Source: Candidatus Micrarchaeota archaeon
GTDB taxonomy: Archaea; Micrarchaeota; Micrarchaeia; Micrarchaeales; CABMGC01
Assembly: GCA_021828295.1 (NCBI GenBank)
Contig: JAKASF010000001.1
Span: forward strand, 2,702-66,701
Direction: 5' to 3'
DNA length: 64,000 bases
This document shows, piece by piece, positions 35,197-44,989 of this stretch. Numbering within the stretch: position 1 is the first letter of the stretch; the number at the start of each line of letters is the position of its first letter. The notes under the pieces were generated by a model, which was not told where the DNA came from, searched no databases, and was given only the letters and a program-made list of their open reading frames with translations. The position numbers and the translations under genes were made by a program.

Positions 35197-35964
35197 ATGG
35201 AGGCAAACAGGGAGGACGCCTTCAACGTCATGGTGCTGACCACCGTTATAGTAGTGGTAGTTATAGCGCTATCGATATTTGCACTCGCGGCGCTGACGCA
35301 CAACCTCTATCTAGATTCCTACTTCACCCTCGAGGCATTCTTCGACGCGCAGAACACAGCGGCTTCTACCGAGCTGGCCTCCCTCGCCTTCTCTGAGGGG
35401 CTCTCGCAGCTCGTGCCGATCGTGCTGATAGTCGCGGTGGACAACCTGAGCAGGATACTGATAGTCAGCTTCATCATAGCAGCCGTGCTGGACTTCCTCA
35501 CCTACGCGAACGTGGAGCAGATAATCAACACGTTCAAGGCGCGCGGCCTCAAGAACCACGTGATAATCTGCGGATACAACGACATAGCCGACAGGCTGAT
35601 CAAGAGGCTGCGTGAGCAGCATACGAGCTACCTGCTGATAGACCCCCGCAGGGGCATGGACGCGGAGTTCGCGGAGAAGAAGCTGTTCGGGATAGTCGGC
35701 GACTTCGCCAACGAGGAACTGCTCAAGAACGCGAGGATAGAGCGCGCATCTGCGATAGCGTTCGTCTCCAACAGCGACGTCTCTAACGTAGCAGCAGCGC
35801 TGGTTGCGCGCAGGCTAAACCCCAACATAAAGATACTGCTGCGTCTCGCAGAGGAGGGGGTAAGGAAGGAGGTATACCAGATAGGGGCCGATATGGCCGT
35901 GATCCCGGAGCACCTGGCCGGGATAGAGATCGGCGAGTACGTGACCAGGTCGGTGGGTGCCTAG
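35197..35964 (+). CDS. Membrane protein with C-terminal RCK/TrkA-N domain (channel-like, no canonical K+ filter seen)
   Basis: N-terminal TM helices followed by HVIICGYNDIADRLIKRLREQHTSYLLID...VGDFANEELLKNARIERASAIAFV. There is no T-V-G-Y-G motif. Confidence 0.7.
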   Translation: MEANREDAFNVMVLTTVIVVVVIALSIFALAALTHNLYLDSYFTLEAFFDAQNTAASTELASLAFSEGLSQLVPIVLIVAVDNLSRILIVSFIIAAVLDFLTYANVEQIINTFKARGLKNHVIICGYNDIADRLIKRLREQHTSYLLIDPRRGMDAEFAEKKLFGIVGDFANEELLKNARIERASAIAFVSNSDVSNVAAALVARRLNPNIKILLRLAEEGVRKEVYQIGADMAVIPEHLAGIEIGEYVTRSVGA

Positions 35965-36690
35965 ATGGTGAAACTACGCGCAGTGCAGATAATCTCCGTT
36001 ATTCTGATATTCGTCATCTTCATAGTTTCCACGGCTCTTGTCGCATCGGCTAACTACACTATTCTTGCGGCCTCGCTCTTCACCATGATGAACATCATAG
36101 GGGCCACGTTCCCGCCCTCGGCCAGCCTGGTTGACGCCAAAAACCCGCTCATCCTCTTCTCGCTGACGCTGGCCGGCATAGCCAACGTGATATTCACCAT
36201 AACCTTCGCCACCATATTCTATCAGCTGCTGGTGGGGATAGACGTGAGGTACGTGCTGCTGAAGCAGAGGCTGCGCACCGTCTCCAGCCACGTGGTTCTC
36301 ACCCCTATAAATTCAATGAGCCTCGAGCTGGCCAGAAAGCTCAAGGAGAACAGAACGCAGCCATTGCTCATAGACGAGAACAAGTACGAGGTCAGGAGGG
36401 CGCACCGCGCCGGCTTCCTGGCCATACACGGCAACCCAGCGGAGCAGGACACGCTGCGCGAGGCCAGGGTAGACCACGCCCTGGCGCTCTGCACGCTCTA
36501 CGATGACGACATAAAGAACACGCTTGTCACCATCGAGGCCAGGCGCGGGGGCAGGCAGATCCGCGTCCTCACCAGGATAAAGCACGTAGAGGACATACCG
36601 AAGATGGAAAGGTCTGGTGCGCGCAGGGTGATACTGCCCGAGGCCGCGGTGGGCATAGAGCTCGGCGACTTCCTCCTTGCTAACAGCTAG
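35965..36690 (+). CDS. Membrane protein with C-terminal RCK-like domain
   Basis: The start abuts the previous stop. TM helices followed by HVVLTPINSMSLELARKLKENRTQPLLIDEN...HGNPAEQDTLREARVDHALALCTL. Confidence 0.65.
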   Translation: MVKLRAVQIISVILIFVIFIVSTALVASANYTILAASLFTMMNIIGATFPPSASLVDAKNPLILFSLTLAGIANVIFTITFATIFYQLLVGIDVRYVLLKQRLRTVSSHVVLTPINSMSLELARKLKENRTQPLLIDENKYEVRRAHRAGFLAIHGNPAEQDTLREARVDHALALCTLYDDDIKNTLVTIEARRGGRQIRVLTRIKHVEDIPKMERSGARRVILPEAAVGIELGDFLLANS

Positions 36691-36759
36691 GTTTGCCGTC
36701 AGCTCCGTGCGCGTCCAGAAAGGGTTAAATCTTTAAAGGCGATACCCTTATGGTATAGC

Positions 36760-37959
36760 ATGGCCGACCAGCCGATTACTACCAGCATCGACGACCTTGT
36801 CAAGTACCTCAACGAGCACGGCGAAACAGATTCAACCACGCTAGCATCGGCGCTGAAGGTAGGCGAAGGAATCATAGAGACCTGGTCCGATGTGCTCGAA
36901 AAGGCGCAGATTGTCAGGGTAAACTACAAGCTTGGCAAGATGTACGTATCGCCCATGGTGGTCAGCAAGGAGGGCGCGGAGGTAGCCAAGAAGACTGTCG
37001 AGCTGAAGAAGGGAGCCGCGGAGACGGAGCTCGCAAGCCAGATAAGCATGATAAACCAGCTCAACTCGCGCCTCGAGGAGTTCAGGAAGTATGTTGCTGG
37101 CGCTGACGTGGCTTTCAAGGCCAAGGGCGGGCAGGCAAAGGGGGCCCTGGACCAGATAGACAAACTCGTTTCTCAGGTTGACGGGGCATACAGGAGGCTG
37201 AAGGAGAAGAAGGATCTTGTCGACCAGCTCTCGGAGAGGCTCGACAAGGACGCAGCAAAACTGGAGGAGAAGGCCAAGAGCGCAGGGAGCGTATCAGGAG
37301 ACGACAGCGACACGCTCCGCATAATAAACGACATAAGCGCAAAGCTCGACGATTCCGAGGGCAGGCTGCGCGCGCTCAACGCAAGCATAGTCTCAACCTT
37401 AGATCAGAGCAGGAGCAGCTTCGCACAACTATCGAACAGCATAAAGGAGGAGACCAAGGCGCTGCGGGAGACACTGAACCAGCGCGAGAAGGAGCTGCAG
37501 GAGTACGAATCATCGCTGAAGTCGTACAGGCAGGAGTCGGAGTCTGTGAAGAGGCAGGCAGCGAAGGAACGCGTCAAGATGACCGACGATGTTGCCAGAG
37601 CGAGCGACGATGCGAGGAAGGTATACGCTGTAGCCGAGAAGCAGATTATAGACGTGAAGAGGACGCTCACAGAGATGAAGAGCCAGTTCGGAGGTTTCGC
37701 GGACCTGAGCGACAGGCTTAATGGAATAAGGAGCAGCATAGAGTCGATATCCAAGGAGAAGGATGAGCTTCAGAAGGAGCTGGCGCAGCTGCAGGAGCAG
37801 CTCCGCGCTCTCTCCTCGATAGACACGTCAAAGGTGGCCGAGAAGACCATGAGGATGCAGCAGATAGAGAAGAGCGTCTCTGAGGCGGCGAAGAAGGAGG
37901 AGGAGCTGAACAAGAAGGCCGACGGCGTAAAGAGCGGGATAGACAAGATGGCGAAGTGA
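36760..37959 (+). CDS. N-terminal winged-helix + long coiled-coil protein (399 aa), first gene of pilus-machinery operon
   Basis: A TATA-like CTTTAAAGG (36731-36739) lies 25 nt upstream. N-terminus IDDLVKYLNEHGETDSTTLASALKVGEGIIETWSDVLEKAQIV. The remainder is heptad-rich (E/K/L/S). Confidence 0.6.
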   Translation: MADQPITTSIDDLVKYLNEHGETDSTTLASALKVGEGIIETWSDVLEKAQIVRVNYKLGKMYVSPMVVSKEGAEVAKKTVELKKGAAETELASQISMINQLNSRLEEFRKYVAGADVAFKAKGGQAKGALDQIDKLVSQVDGAYRRLKEKKDLVDQLSERLDKDAAKLEEKAKSAGSVSGDDSDTLRIINDISAKLDDSEGRLRALNASIVSTLDQSRSSFAQLSNSIKEETKALRETLNQREKELQEYESSLKSYRQESESVKRQAAKERVKMTDDVARASDDARKVYAVAEKQIIDVKRTLTEMKSQFGGFADLSDRLNGIRSSIESISKEKDELQKELAQLQEQLRALSSIDTSKVAEKTMRMQQIEKSVSEAAKKEEELNKKADGVKSGIDKMAK

Positions 37960-37963
37960 GTTG

Positions 37964-39487
37964 ATGCAGGACGCGCAAACGCAGCAGAGGGGAGGAGAGA
38001 AGGAGTATGCCTCGTACGAGCTAGACGCGCACGGGCTGAAAATATCTGTGCGGATACTCGACAAAGGCAGCTTCGTGCCGATCTACGAGGTCACAGTGCC
38101 GGGCCTCGGCGACGCCACCAAGGTGCTGCTCATCTCGCTGAGGCAGGAGCTGCTCTCGATGGTCCCGATAGATCCGACGAGGATAGAGGACCAGGAGTAC
38201 GTCAACGAGCTCACGCAGAAGTACATCGAGGCCTCCAACGTGATAATAGACAGGTACCTGCCGGGCTCCACCCCCGACACGAAGAAGATACTCATCGCCT
38301 ACGTTATCAACTTCATGCTGGGCCTGGGCGACCTGGAGGGGCCGCTGTCCGACGACAACCTCGAGGAGGTTGCTGTCAACACTTCAAAGGAGCCGATATG
38401 GGTATACCACAAGAAGTTTGGATGGTGCAAGACCAACCTGATGGTCCAGGACGAGGACGTAGTCTACAACGACGCCGAGCAGATAGGCAGGCGAATAGGC
38501 AGGCAGATCTCGAACCTCGCGCCGCTGATGGACGCTGAACTTCCAGACGGCTCGAGGGTCAACGCCACCCTATACCCAATCTCGCAGAAGGGCAACACGA
38601 TAACGATAAGGAAGTTCGGAAAGAACCCGTGGACGATGACCGCCATGGTGGCCAACGGCACGCTCTCATCAGAGGTGGCCGCGCTGACCTGGCTTGCGGT
38701 GGAGAACGAGGTCAGCATACTCATATCGGGGGGCACGGCCAGCGGAAAGACCAGCTTCCTGAACGGCATGAGCATCTTCATACCCCCGAGCCACAGGGTC
38801 ATCTCGGTAGAAGAGGACCGCGAACTGACGCTGCCCAACTTCCTTCACTGGGTGCCGATGCTCACGAGGCAGCCCAACCCCGAGGGCAAGGGCGAGATCA
38901 CCCTGTACAACCTCATGATCAACGCGCTCAGGCAGAGGCCAGACGTGATGCTGGTAGGAGAGGTGAGGACGAAGAGCGATGCCGAAACGCTCTTCGAGGC
39001 CATACACACCGGACACGCGGTCTACGGCACAGTGCACGCCGACAACGCGCAGGACACTATAGTGCGTATGACAAACCCGCCGATAGACGTCCCGAAGATG
39101 ATGCTTAACGCTTTCGGAGGGGTAATCTCGCTCTTCAGGCACAGGAGGCTTGGTATAAGGCGTGTGCTTGAGTTTGCAGAGATGCTCAGGAGCGGCGATG
39201 TCAGCGTCGTGTACAGGTGGGACGCGAGGAACGACGCATTCGCGCAGATAGCAGAGATTGCCAGGCTTAGCGAGACCATCTCGCTGTACGGGGGCTACGA
39301 CAGGAACGAGCTCTCCGACAACCTGGAAGGCAAGCAGAAGATACTCAACTGGATGGTGAAGAACAACATAACAGACGTCGACAGCGCCGGCTACGTTGTC
39401 TCGAGCTACTACAGGAACGCGGAGAAGGTGCTCAAGATGGCCTCCGACAACGTTCCTTACTCGAAGGATATGCTGGAAAAGCTCTAG
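37964..39487 (+). CDS. Type IV pilus/archaellum-type secretion ATPase (ArlI/FlaI/PilB/VirB11 family)
   Basis: Walker A ISGGTASGKTSFLNG. Asp box VEEDRELTLP. Walker B RQRPDVMLVGEVR. His box HTGHAVYGTVHA. Confidence 0.9.
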   Translation: MQDAQTQQRGGEKEYASYELDAHGLKISVRILDKGSFVPIYEVTVPGLGDATKVLLISLRQELLSMVPIDPTRIEDQEYVNELTQKYIEASNVIIDRYLPGSTPDTKKILIAYVINFMLGLGDLEGPLSDDNLEEVAVNTSKEPIWVYHKKFGWCKTNLMVQDEDVVYNDAEQIGRRIGRQISNLAPLMDAELPDGSRVNATLYPISQKGNTITIRKFGKNPWTMTAMVANGTLSSEVAALTWLAVENEVSILISGGTASGKTSFLNGMSIFIPPSHRVISVEEDRELTLPNFLHWVPMLTRQPNPEGKGEITLYNLMINALRQRPDVMLVGEVRTKSDAETLFEAIHTGHAVYGTVHADNAQDTIVRMTNPPIDVPKMMLNAFGGVISLFRHRRLGIRRVLEFAEMLRSGDVSVVYRWDARNDAFAQIAEIARLSETISLYGGYDRNELSDNLEGKQKILNWMVKNNITDVDSAGYVVSSYYRNAEKVLKMASDNVPYSKDMLEKL

Positions 39488-39498
39488 GGTGAGATTGA

Positions 39499-40137
39499 TT
39501 GGCTGACGAAACCGATTACCAGAAGATGGTTGCTCTAGTGGAATCTATAGGCGAGGCGCCGAGCCCCGAGTCGATAACTGTTGACGTTAGCGAGGCGTTC
39601 CAGGACAGGCTGCAGGTCAGGAGCCTGAAGTATCTCGATGTGAGCGAGCCTCTGGATAGGCTGGAGGCGCACAGGCCCGCCCCGCAGCAGCGCGCCGTGG
39701 TCCAGCAGCCGAGCACGCCCAAACCGCAGGTCCAGCCACAGGTCCAGCCGCAGCAGCCAGCGCCACAGGTGCCAAAGCGCCAGGTGTCGAAGGAGATGAC
39801 TGGCGCAGCATCAAAGCTCAGGAGCATGGTCGGAGGGGCCGGGAAGGAGTTCGCCGAGAGCGTCACCAAACGCGTAGAGGAGACGCAGGAGGCTGGCCTC
39901 GTTATGCCAAAGCTCTCCCTGCAGGACCAGGTCTCAGATCTCGACAAGATAAAGGAAGGTCTCGATGAGAAGGTGTTTGACAGGGACCAGCTCAAGATAA
40001 TAGCCCAGGAGATCAGGGGCATCTCGCAGGTCGCAGCACGGGAGGACGTGGGCAGGATGAGCAGCGACCAGAGGGAGCTGGCCGAGATGAGGAACCAAAG
40101 GATTAAAGAGATAAAAAGCGGACTGAATGCAGCGTAG
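39499..40137 (+). CDS. Hypothetical protein with P/Q-rich linker
   Basis: 212 aa, with a TTG start (alternative ATG at 39526). QQPSTPKPQVQPQVQPQQPAPQVPK. No recognisable domain. It lies in the operon between the ATPase and the platform genes. Confidence 0.45.
   Translation: MADETDYQKMVALVESIGEAPSPESITVDVSEAFQDRLQVRSLKYLDVSEPLDRLEAHRPAPQQRAVVQQPSTPKPQVQPQVQPQQPAPQVPKRQVSKEMTGAASKLRSMVGGAGKEFAESVTKRVEETQEAGLVMPKLSLQDQVSDLDKIKEGLDEKVFDRDQLKIIAQEIRGISQVAAREDVGRMSSDQRELAEMRNQRIKEIKSGLNAA
39724..39774 (+). repeat. Short tandem repeat encoding PQVQPQVQPQQPAPQVP
   Basis: CAGGTCCAGCC[AG] is repeated in tandem within CCGCAGGTCCAGCCACAGGTCCAGCCGCAGCAGCCAGCGCCACAGGTGCCA. Confidence 0.6.
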
Positions 40138-40149
40138 CTGCGTGGTCTA

Positions 40150-41325
40150 ATGGCTATATTTGGAGGCAAGAAAAAAGCTGAAAAGGAGGAGAACAAGGGC
40201 CCGATACTAGGTTTCACCAAGCCGAAGAGGTTCCTGTTCTTCAAGATAAAGTCCAAGCCCATATACTCGAACCCGGGACCGGCTCAGCAGCCTCCTTCCG
40301 CCCCGCAGCCCCAAACCCAACCGCGGCCGCAGATACGGTCCGCGCCAGAACCCCCAAAGCCGCAGGCCGGCTCTCCGAGGCAGATGCCGAAGATGCCAAG
40401 CCTGTGGCCCCGCAAGCCCGAGGCCGGGCCGCAGGCGCAGCCGAGCGCCCAGCAAGCCCAACGGCCGCCGTCTCTAGGGCTGCAGCACCCCGCAGGAAGG
40501 CCGAACCAGTTCCAAATATACCTGATGAGCGTCGCGGAGAGGCACAAGGACCTCGAGGCCGCGCTGAGGGCCGAGGGGATAAAGGAGAGCCCGTACGAGT
40601 TCGTCAGGAAGATGTTCATGTACTCGGTGATAGTCAGCGTAGTGATAGCGCTCTGCACCGGCATACTTCTCGCTTCCAACGGCGTCACTCCGATACTCGC
40701 GTTGCTGCTGGGCGTGGCGTGCTACTATGGCCTGTTCAACAGGTTCATCAGGTACCCGCTCGACAGGAGCAAGGTGGTCGGCAAGGAGATAGAGAAGGAC
40801 ATACTCTTCGCCGCCAGGGACCTGGTCATAAGCATGCGATCCGGAATGCCGCTCTTCAACGCAATAACTGCCGTGAGCACAGGCTACGGCGCGGCCAGCC
40901 TCGAATTCGCCAAGGTGGTCGAGCTGGTGCAGCTCGGCACTCCGATAGAGCAGGCCCTCGACGAGGTTAGCAACAGGTCGCAGTCGAAGACGTTCAAGAG
41001 GATAACGCTGCAGGCCACGGTGAGCCTGAAGGCAGGCGCCGATGTGGTCGGTGCGCTGCAGGGGGTGGTGGACGAGGTAATGCAGGAGCGCGTCATAGAG
41101 CTGAGGAGGTACGGGCAGAGGCTCAACGCGCTCGCAATGTTCTACATGCTCTTCGGTGTCATCTTCCCGAGCATGGGGATAGCAGTCGCTGCGATACTCA
41201 CCACGTTCATCAACCTATTCACAGTTGACGAGTCTACGCTGCTCGCGGCGCTGATAGGCATCTTCTTCCTGCAGGTCATATTCCTGAACATAATGAGGTC
41301 CTCGAGGCCTACATTCGCGATGTGA
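40150..41325 (+). CDS. Pilus platform protein, single T2SSF domain (TadB-like half of ArlJ/PilC) with P/Q-rich N-terminal region
   Basis: N-terminal residues of about 40-120 are P/Q/A-rich. Then LFAARDLVISMRSGMPLFNAITAVSTGYGAASLEFAKVVELVQLGTPIEQALDEV plus flanking TM helices form a T2SSF-type domain. Confidence 0.75.
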   Translation: MAIFGGKKKAEKEENKGPILGFTKPKRFLFFKIKSKPIYSNPGPAQQPPSAPQPQTQPRPQIRSAPEPPKPQAGSPRQMPKMPSLWPRKPEAGPQAQPSAQQAQRPPSLGLQHPAGRPNQFQIYLMSVAERHKDLEAALRAEGIKESPYEFVRKMFMYSVIVSVVIALCTGILLASNGVTPILALLLGVACYYGLFNRFIRYPLDRSKVVGKEIEKDILFAARDLVISMRSGMPLFNAITAVSTGYGAASLEFAKVVELVQLGTPIEQALDEVSNRSQSKTFKRITLQATVSLKAGADVVGALQGVVDEVMQERVIELRRYGQRLNALAMFYMLFGVIFPSMGIAVAAILTTFINLFTVDESTLLAALIGIFFLQVIFLNIMRSSRPTFAM

Positions 41326-41329
41326 AAAA

Positions 41330-42322
41330 ATGAAGATAGAATACGAGAGGCTCATATCAAGGAGCGTTGCAAACCTCTTCGTTCGCGAGCTCGAGCTCGC
41401 GGGCGTGAAGACGAACATCAACAGCTTCATCCGCACCATGGTCCTGGGCGGCCTAGCGATCTTCGTGCTCGTCCCCATCGCGCTCTTCTTGGGCGCCGGC
41501 CTGAACGCCGGCATCGCCGTCTTCGGAGGGATAGCCGCAGCGGCCATATTCGAGGTAGTCATATACGCGCTGCTCGAGTTCAAGATAGAGCAGAGGAAGA
41601 CGTTCGTGGAGGACCTGCTTCCGGATTACCTGCAGCTTGCTGCTGCAAACGTGAGGAGCGGCATAGCCCTCGACAAGGCGATGGTCCTTGCGGCACGCCC
41701 CGAATTCGGATACTTCAGCGATGACGTGAAGGAGATGAACAAGGAACTGTACGGCGGCGAGACGCTGCAGCAGGCGATGACCAACCTCGGCAGGAGATAC
41801 AGGTCGACGCAGCTCCAGCACACGATACGAATGATGAACGAGGGCATACAGTACGGCGGAGGCATGACAGACCTTCTCAACCAGATAGCCAAGGACATAC
41901 GCAACCAGCACATGGTTCAGAAGGAGATAAGCGGGCAGCTGTTCATGTACACGATATTCATCGCATTCGCGGCGCTGATAGGCGCCCCGATTCTTTACGC
42001 TCTCACGTCGCAGATGATAGGCGTTACAGATACTGTATGGGCCGGAATACTGAAGCAGAATCCCGGCGGCCTGCCTACAGCAGGCATCTCGTTCCTCAGG
42101 CCCAGCCCGCCAAAGATAACCATAGCCGCGTACCACAACTTCGCGCTCGCCAGCGTTATACTCATCTGCGGCTTCGGCGCTTTCATAGTCTCGGCGATAT
42201 CCACAGGTTCCGTGCTCAAGGGCATACGCTATCTGCCAATATTCCTCATCGTGGGCCTCGGCATCTTCTTCGTCGTGTCGTCGCTGATAGGCGGCATCTT
42301 CACCAGCATAAGCGGCGTGTGA
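41330..42322 (+). CDS. Pilus platform protein, single T2SSF domain (TadC-like half)
   Basis: LPDYLQLAAANVRSGIALDKAMVLAARPEFGYFSDDVKEMNKELYGGETLQQAMTNLGRRY plus TM helices. It starts 4 nt after the previous gene. Confidence 0.75.
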   Translation: MKIEYERLISRSVANLFVRELELAGVKTNINSFIRTMVLGGLAIFVLVPIALFLGAGLNAGIAVFGGIAAAAIFEVVIYALLEFKIEQRKTFVEDLLPDYLQLAAANVRSGIALDKAMVLAARPEFGYFSDDVKEMNKELYGGETLQQAMTNLGRRYRSTQLQHTIRMMNEGIQYGGGMTDLLNQIAKDIRNQHMVQKEISGQLFMYTIFIAFAALIGAPILYALTSQMIGVTDTVWAGILKQNPGGLPTAGISFLRPSPPKITIAAYHNFALASVILICGFGAFIVSAISTGSVLKGIRYLPIFLIVGLGIFFVVSSLIGGIFTSISGV

Positions 42323-44989
42323 CTACTGGGGCGTCTGGAATCCCAGGGACTGCCACTCGTTCGATGTCGCGGCGATTGTGGAGAGGCCTGGTGCGTTGTA
42401 CGTTCCCGAGAAGTAAGGATAGATCACATTGGATGCCGTTCCGTTATCGTTATAGCCGCTGTAGTCTTTGGCGTTCCCGTTGAGCGGCCACCAGCCGATC
42501 AGGTTGCCCACTATTGGCAAGCCGGCAATCCCCTGCTGATACAGCCGTTTGATCTGCAACGCCGAGAGGCCAGCGCTGTAGATCTGCACGTTAGTTATGT
42601 TGCCCGAAAACTTTCCGTTGTGTATCGAAGTGTCGCCCACAGTCACCTGGCAGTAGCCGCTTCCCCCATTGCATGTGGAACTGTACGTTATGGATCCCGT
42701 GTGCGTCACAACCCCCGAGCTTACCCCATCGGTGTATATGATGACGTTGCTGCCATCGTAGACTCCCGTCACCATATGCCATCCTATAGCGATACCGTTT
42801 GCTGATGCGATATCCGTTGCGCTTATCGCGTTGCCCACTCCGAAGGATGGAGCCGTCGCACTACCGGCAAAAAAGAGTCCATACCCTCCACACGTGCCGC
42901 ACGAGTCCACCCCGGAATCGAGTAGCGACGGAGAGCTTTGTGAGGTGCCGATGCGTTCGGCCCACAGGTTGACCGTAACCGCAGTCGAGGGCTGCAGGAT
43001 CGAATTGGTGCCGTCATTGATATGCGTGTTCTGGCCGTTGAAGTTTGCAGTCTGCATGCGGCCACTCTGCACCTCGAGAGGCATGTAACCGGCATACAGC
43101 TCGGGTACGGTGTTGGAAGCGCAGCTTGTTACCGATACACAGGAAAGAAGCCCCGGTATGGGCGAGAGCGACGTGGGCACCGTAGTCTGAAACACGCTAT
43201 CCCTCGCATATCCAGGAAGCAGAACGAATGAAACTCCGTTCACCAGTATCCCGTTGTTGCTGTTTCCGCTGTAGTCGTTCGCGTTCCCGTTTAGCGGCCA
43301 CCATCCAACCACGTTTCCGGAGATCGGCACTCCAGATATGCCCTCTTGGTAAAGTTTCTGTACCTGCGGCGAGGCGAGCTGCGTGTTATAGATCTGCACA
43401 TCGCCTATCTGCCCGCCGAACGGGGCTCCGCTACTGGTCTGGTAGACGCCTATGAACGCGGTTCCGCTAAGTACCGTATTGGGAGTCGCGCCTGCGCTGC
43501 ACGTCGCCACGCCTCCCACGCCATCGTCGTATATGACCAAGTTGTTATTCGTGCCGGAAACCAGCGCGCCGCCGCTGTAGGCGAAGCCCACCAGATGCCA
43601 CGAGTTGTCTGTGACCGTAGCCGTAATGTAGCAATACGTGCCCTGTATCTCCCACTCGATCTGATTTGGGGACAGATCAAGGAGCAATGCCGAAACCTCC
43701 GAGTTCGACACTGTCCCGTACGACGAAATCACCTCTTCTCCGGTATTTGAAGTTCTGATCCATGCAAACATCGATCTCGCGCTGCTTCCCGTAGGCAGTC
43801 CCGAGTCGCTTACCTGCACGTACTGGTTGCTCGCGCTTGTGAAGCCCCCTGCCTGCGTGCCGAAGCCAGAGAAGGTGAAGATTCCGCTAGGAGACTGCGC
43901 GTTGAAGCTTGCCTGAGCCCTGTCCAGGTAAGACGGCGCGAAGGGCGACGCGAAGAAGTAGCCGTTGCTCGCTGCGCCGCGCAGGTTCTCTATGTTGAAC
44001 GTGGCGTTTGCGGGCCCGTAAAGCAGGACCCGCGTTCCTGAAGGCATCAGCGCGAGGACGTTCGATGAGGCCGGGTATACGAGATACGGCCCGGCGGGCA
44101 GGGTTGACGGCGCTATATAGGAGATGAGTCCGGCATAGCTGTTCTCGCAGCTTTCGAGCCCTATCGCGTTGTACGTTGCCAGTATTGTGTTTGACTCAAT
44201 CGGCTGGGTCGATATCTGCGAGGGTATAGAGCCGCATGATGCCCCGCTCACCGCGTTGCTCGCCAGCCAGTACACTGTCCCATACGCATAGCCCGCGGTG
44301 TTGCTAGATGTGGCATAGGCTCCCCCCATCCTGGTGCTGAGGTTTGCTATATTCGCGAAGGCAACTGGACTCAGCACGCCGCGCTGCGCCGCGAAGAGGT
44401 CCGGGGTGTTGTTGAGCGAGAGAGACGCGTTGACCGGTATAGTGTATTGGTAGTTGTCTCCAGACGAGTTGACTCCTATGCGCTCCATGTACGAGATGCG
44501 TATGTGGTACGGGTCCGTCTGGTAGATCACGGGCCTGCTCTCGTTTACGGCTACCGATTGGGCCGCGAAGCCGATCACGTTTGCTACCGAAAGATTGTAC
44601 TGCTTCAGCGTGAGGTTGCCCATCGCGTTCTGCGGGTAGCCAGACGTGTCGTTGGGCAGCATCCCGTTGGTGACCAGGTACGAGAGGTAGAGGCTGGAGT
44701 TCGTGATGAAGTTGGACTTCCTGTACGAAGGCGTCGACTCGTACGTCGCCAGCGTGGATATCGCCCTGCTGAGGCTCGCGGCCGCGAAGTTGTTCGCGCT
44801 CAGCTTGAAGAGGTTCGCATAGTTCGTAGAGGCAGAGGAGACCGCGAGCGACTGCGCCAGGTTGTTGGAGCTCACGTTAAGCAACGCGAAGGCGAAGAGC
44901 TCTGCGAGCAGCAGCAACAGCAGGATTAGCATTATCAGTGTCATCAGCTGCCCCTTGCTCTGCCCCGCTATGATGCTTTTCAGCTCCAT
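42323..44989 (-). CDS. Giant pilin-like surface protein (888 aa): class III signal peptide + LamG/concanavalin-like modules
   Basis: N-terminus MELKSIIAGQSKGQLMTLIMLILLLLLLAELFAF (KGQ followed by a hydrophobic helix). Two LamG junction motifs, VVGWWPLNGNANDYSGNSNNG and LIGWWPLNGNAKDYSGYNDNG, each preceded by VQIY[NS]..L...Q...LYQ.GI.G.P. Confidence 0.75.
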   Translation of the reverse strand: MELKSIIAGQSKGQLMTLIMLILLLLLLAELFAFALLNVSSNNLAQSLAVSSASTNYANLFKLSANNFAAASLSRAISTLATYESTPSYRKSNFITNSSLYLSYLVTNGMLPNDTSGYPQNAMGNLTLKQYNLSVANVIGFAAQSVAVNESRPVIYQTDPYHIRISYMERIGVNSSGDNYQYTIPVNASLSLNNTPDLFAAQRGVLSPVAFANIANLSTRMGGAYATSSNTAGYAYGTVYWLASNAVSGASCGSIPSQISTQPIESNTILATYNAIGLESCENSYAGLISYIAPSTLPAGPYLVYPASSNVLALMPSGTRVLLYGPANATFNIENLRGAASNGYFFASPFAPSYLDRAQASFNAQSPSGIFTFSGFGTQAGGFTSASNQYVQVSDSGLPTGSSARSMFAWIRTSNTGEEVISSYGTVSNSEVSALLLDLSPNQIEWEIQGTYCYITATVTDNSWHLVGFAYSGGALVSGTNNNLVIYDDGVGGVATCSAGATPNTVLSGTAFIGVYQTSSGAPFGGQIGDVQIYNTQLASPQVQKLYQEGISGVPISGNVVGWWPLNGNANDYSGNSNNGILVNGVSFVLLPGYARDSVFQTTVPTSLSPIPGLLSCVSVTSCASNTVPELYAGYMPLEVQSGRMQTANFNGQNTHINDGTNSILQPSTAVTVNLWAERIGTSQSSPSLLDSGVDSCGTCGGYGLFFAGSATAPSFGVGNAISATDIASANGIAIGWHMVTGVYDGSNVIIYTDGVSSGVVTHTGSITYSSTCNGGSGYCQVTVGDTSIHNGKFSGNITNVQIYSAGLSALQIKRLYQQGIAGLPIVGNLIGWWPLNGNAKDYSGYNDNGTASNVIYPYFSGTYNAPGLSTIAATSNEWQSLGFQTPQ
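43266..43303 (-). repeat. 38-nt exact inter-gene repeat (copy 1) encoding WWPLNGNANDYSG
   Basis: CCGCTGTAGTCGTTCGCGTTCCCGTTTAGCGGCCACCA is identical to 49956..49993. Diverged copies lie at about 42455-42505, 45151-45201, 48308-48358, 48947-48997 and 49637-49684. Confidence 0.9.
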
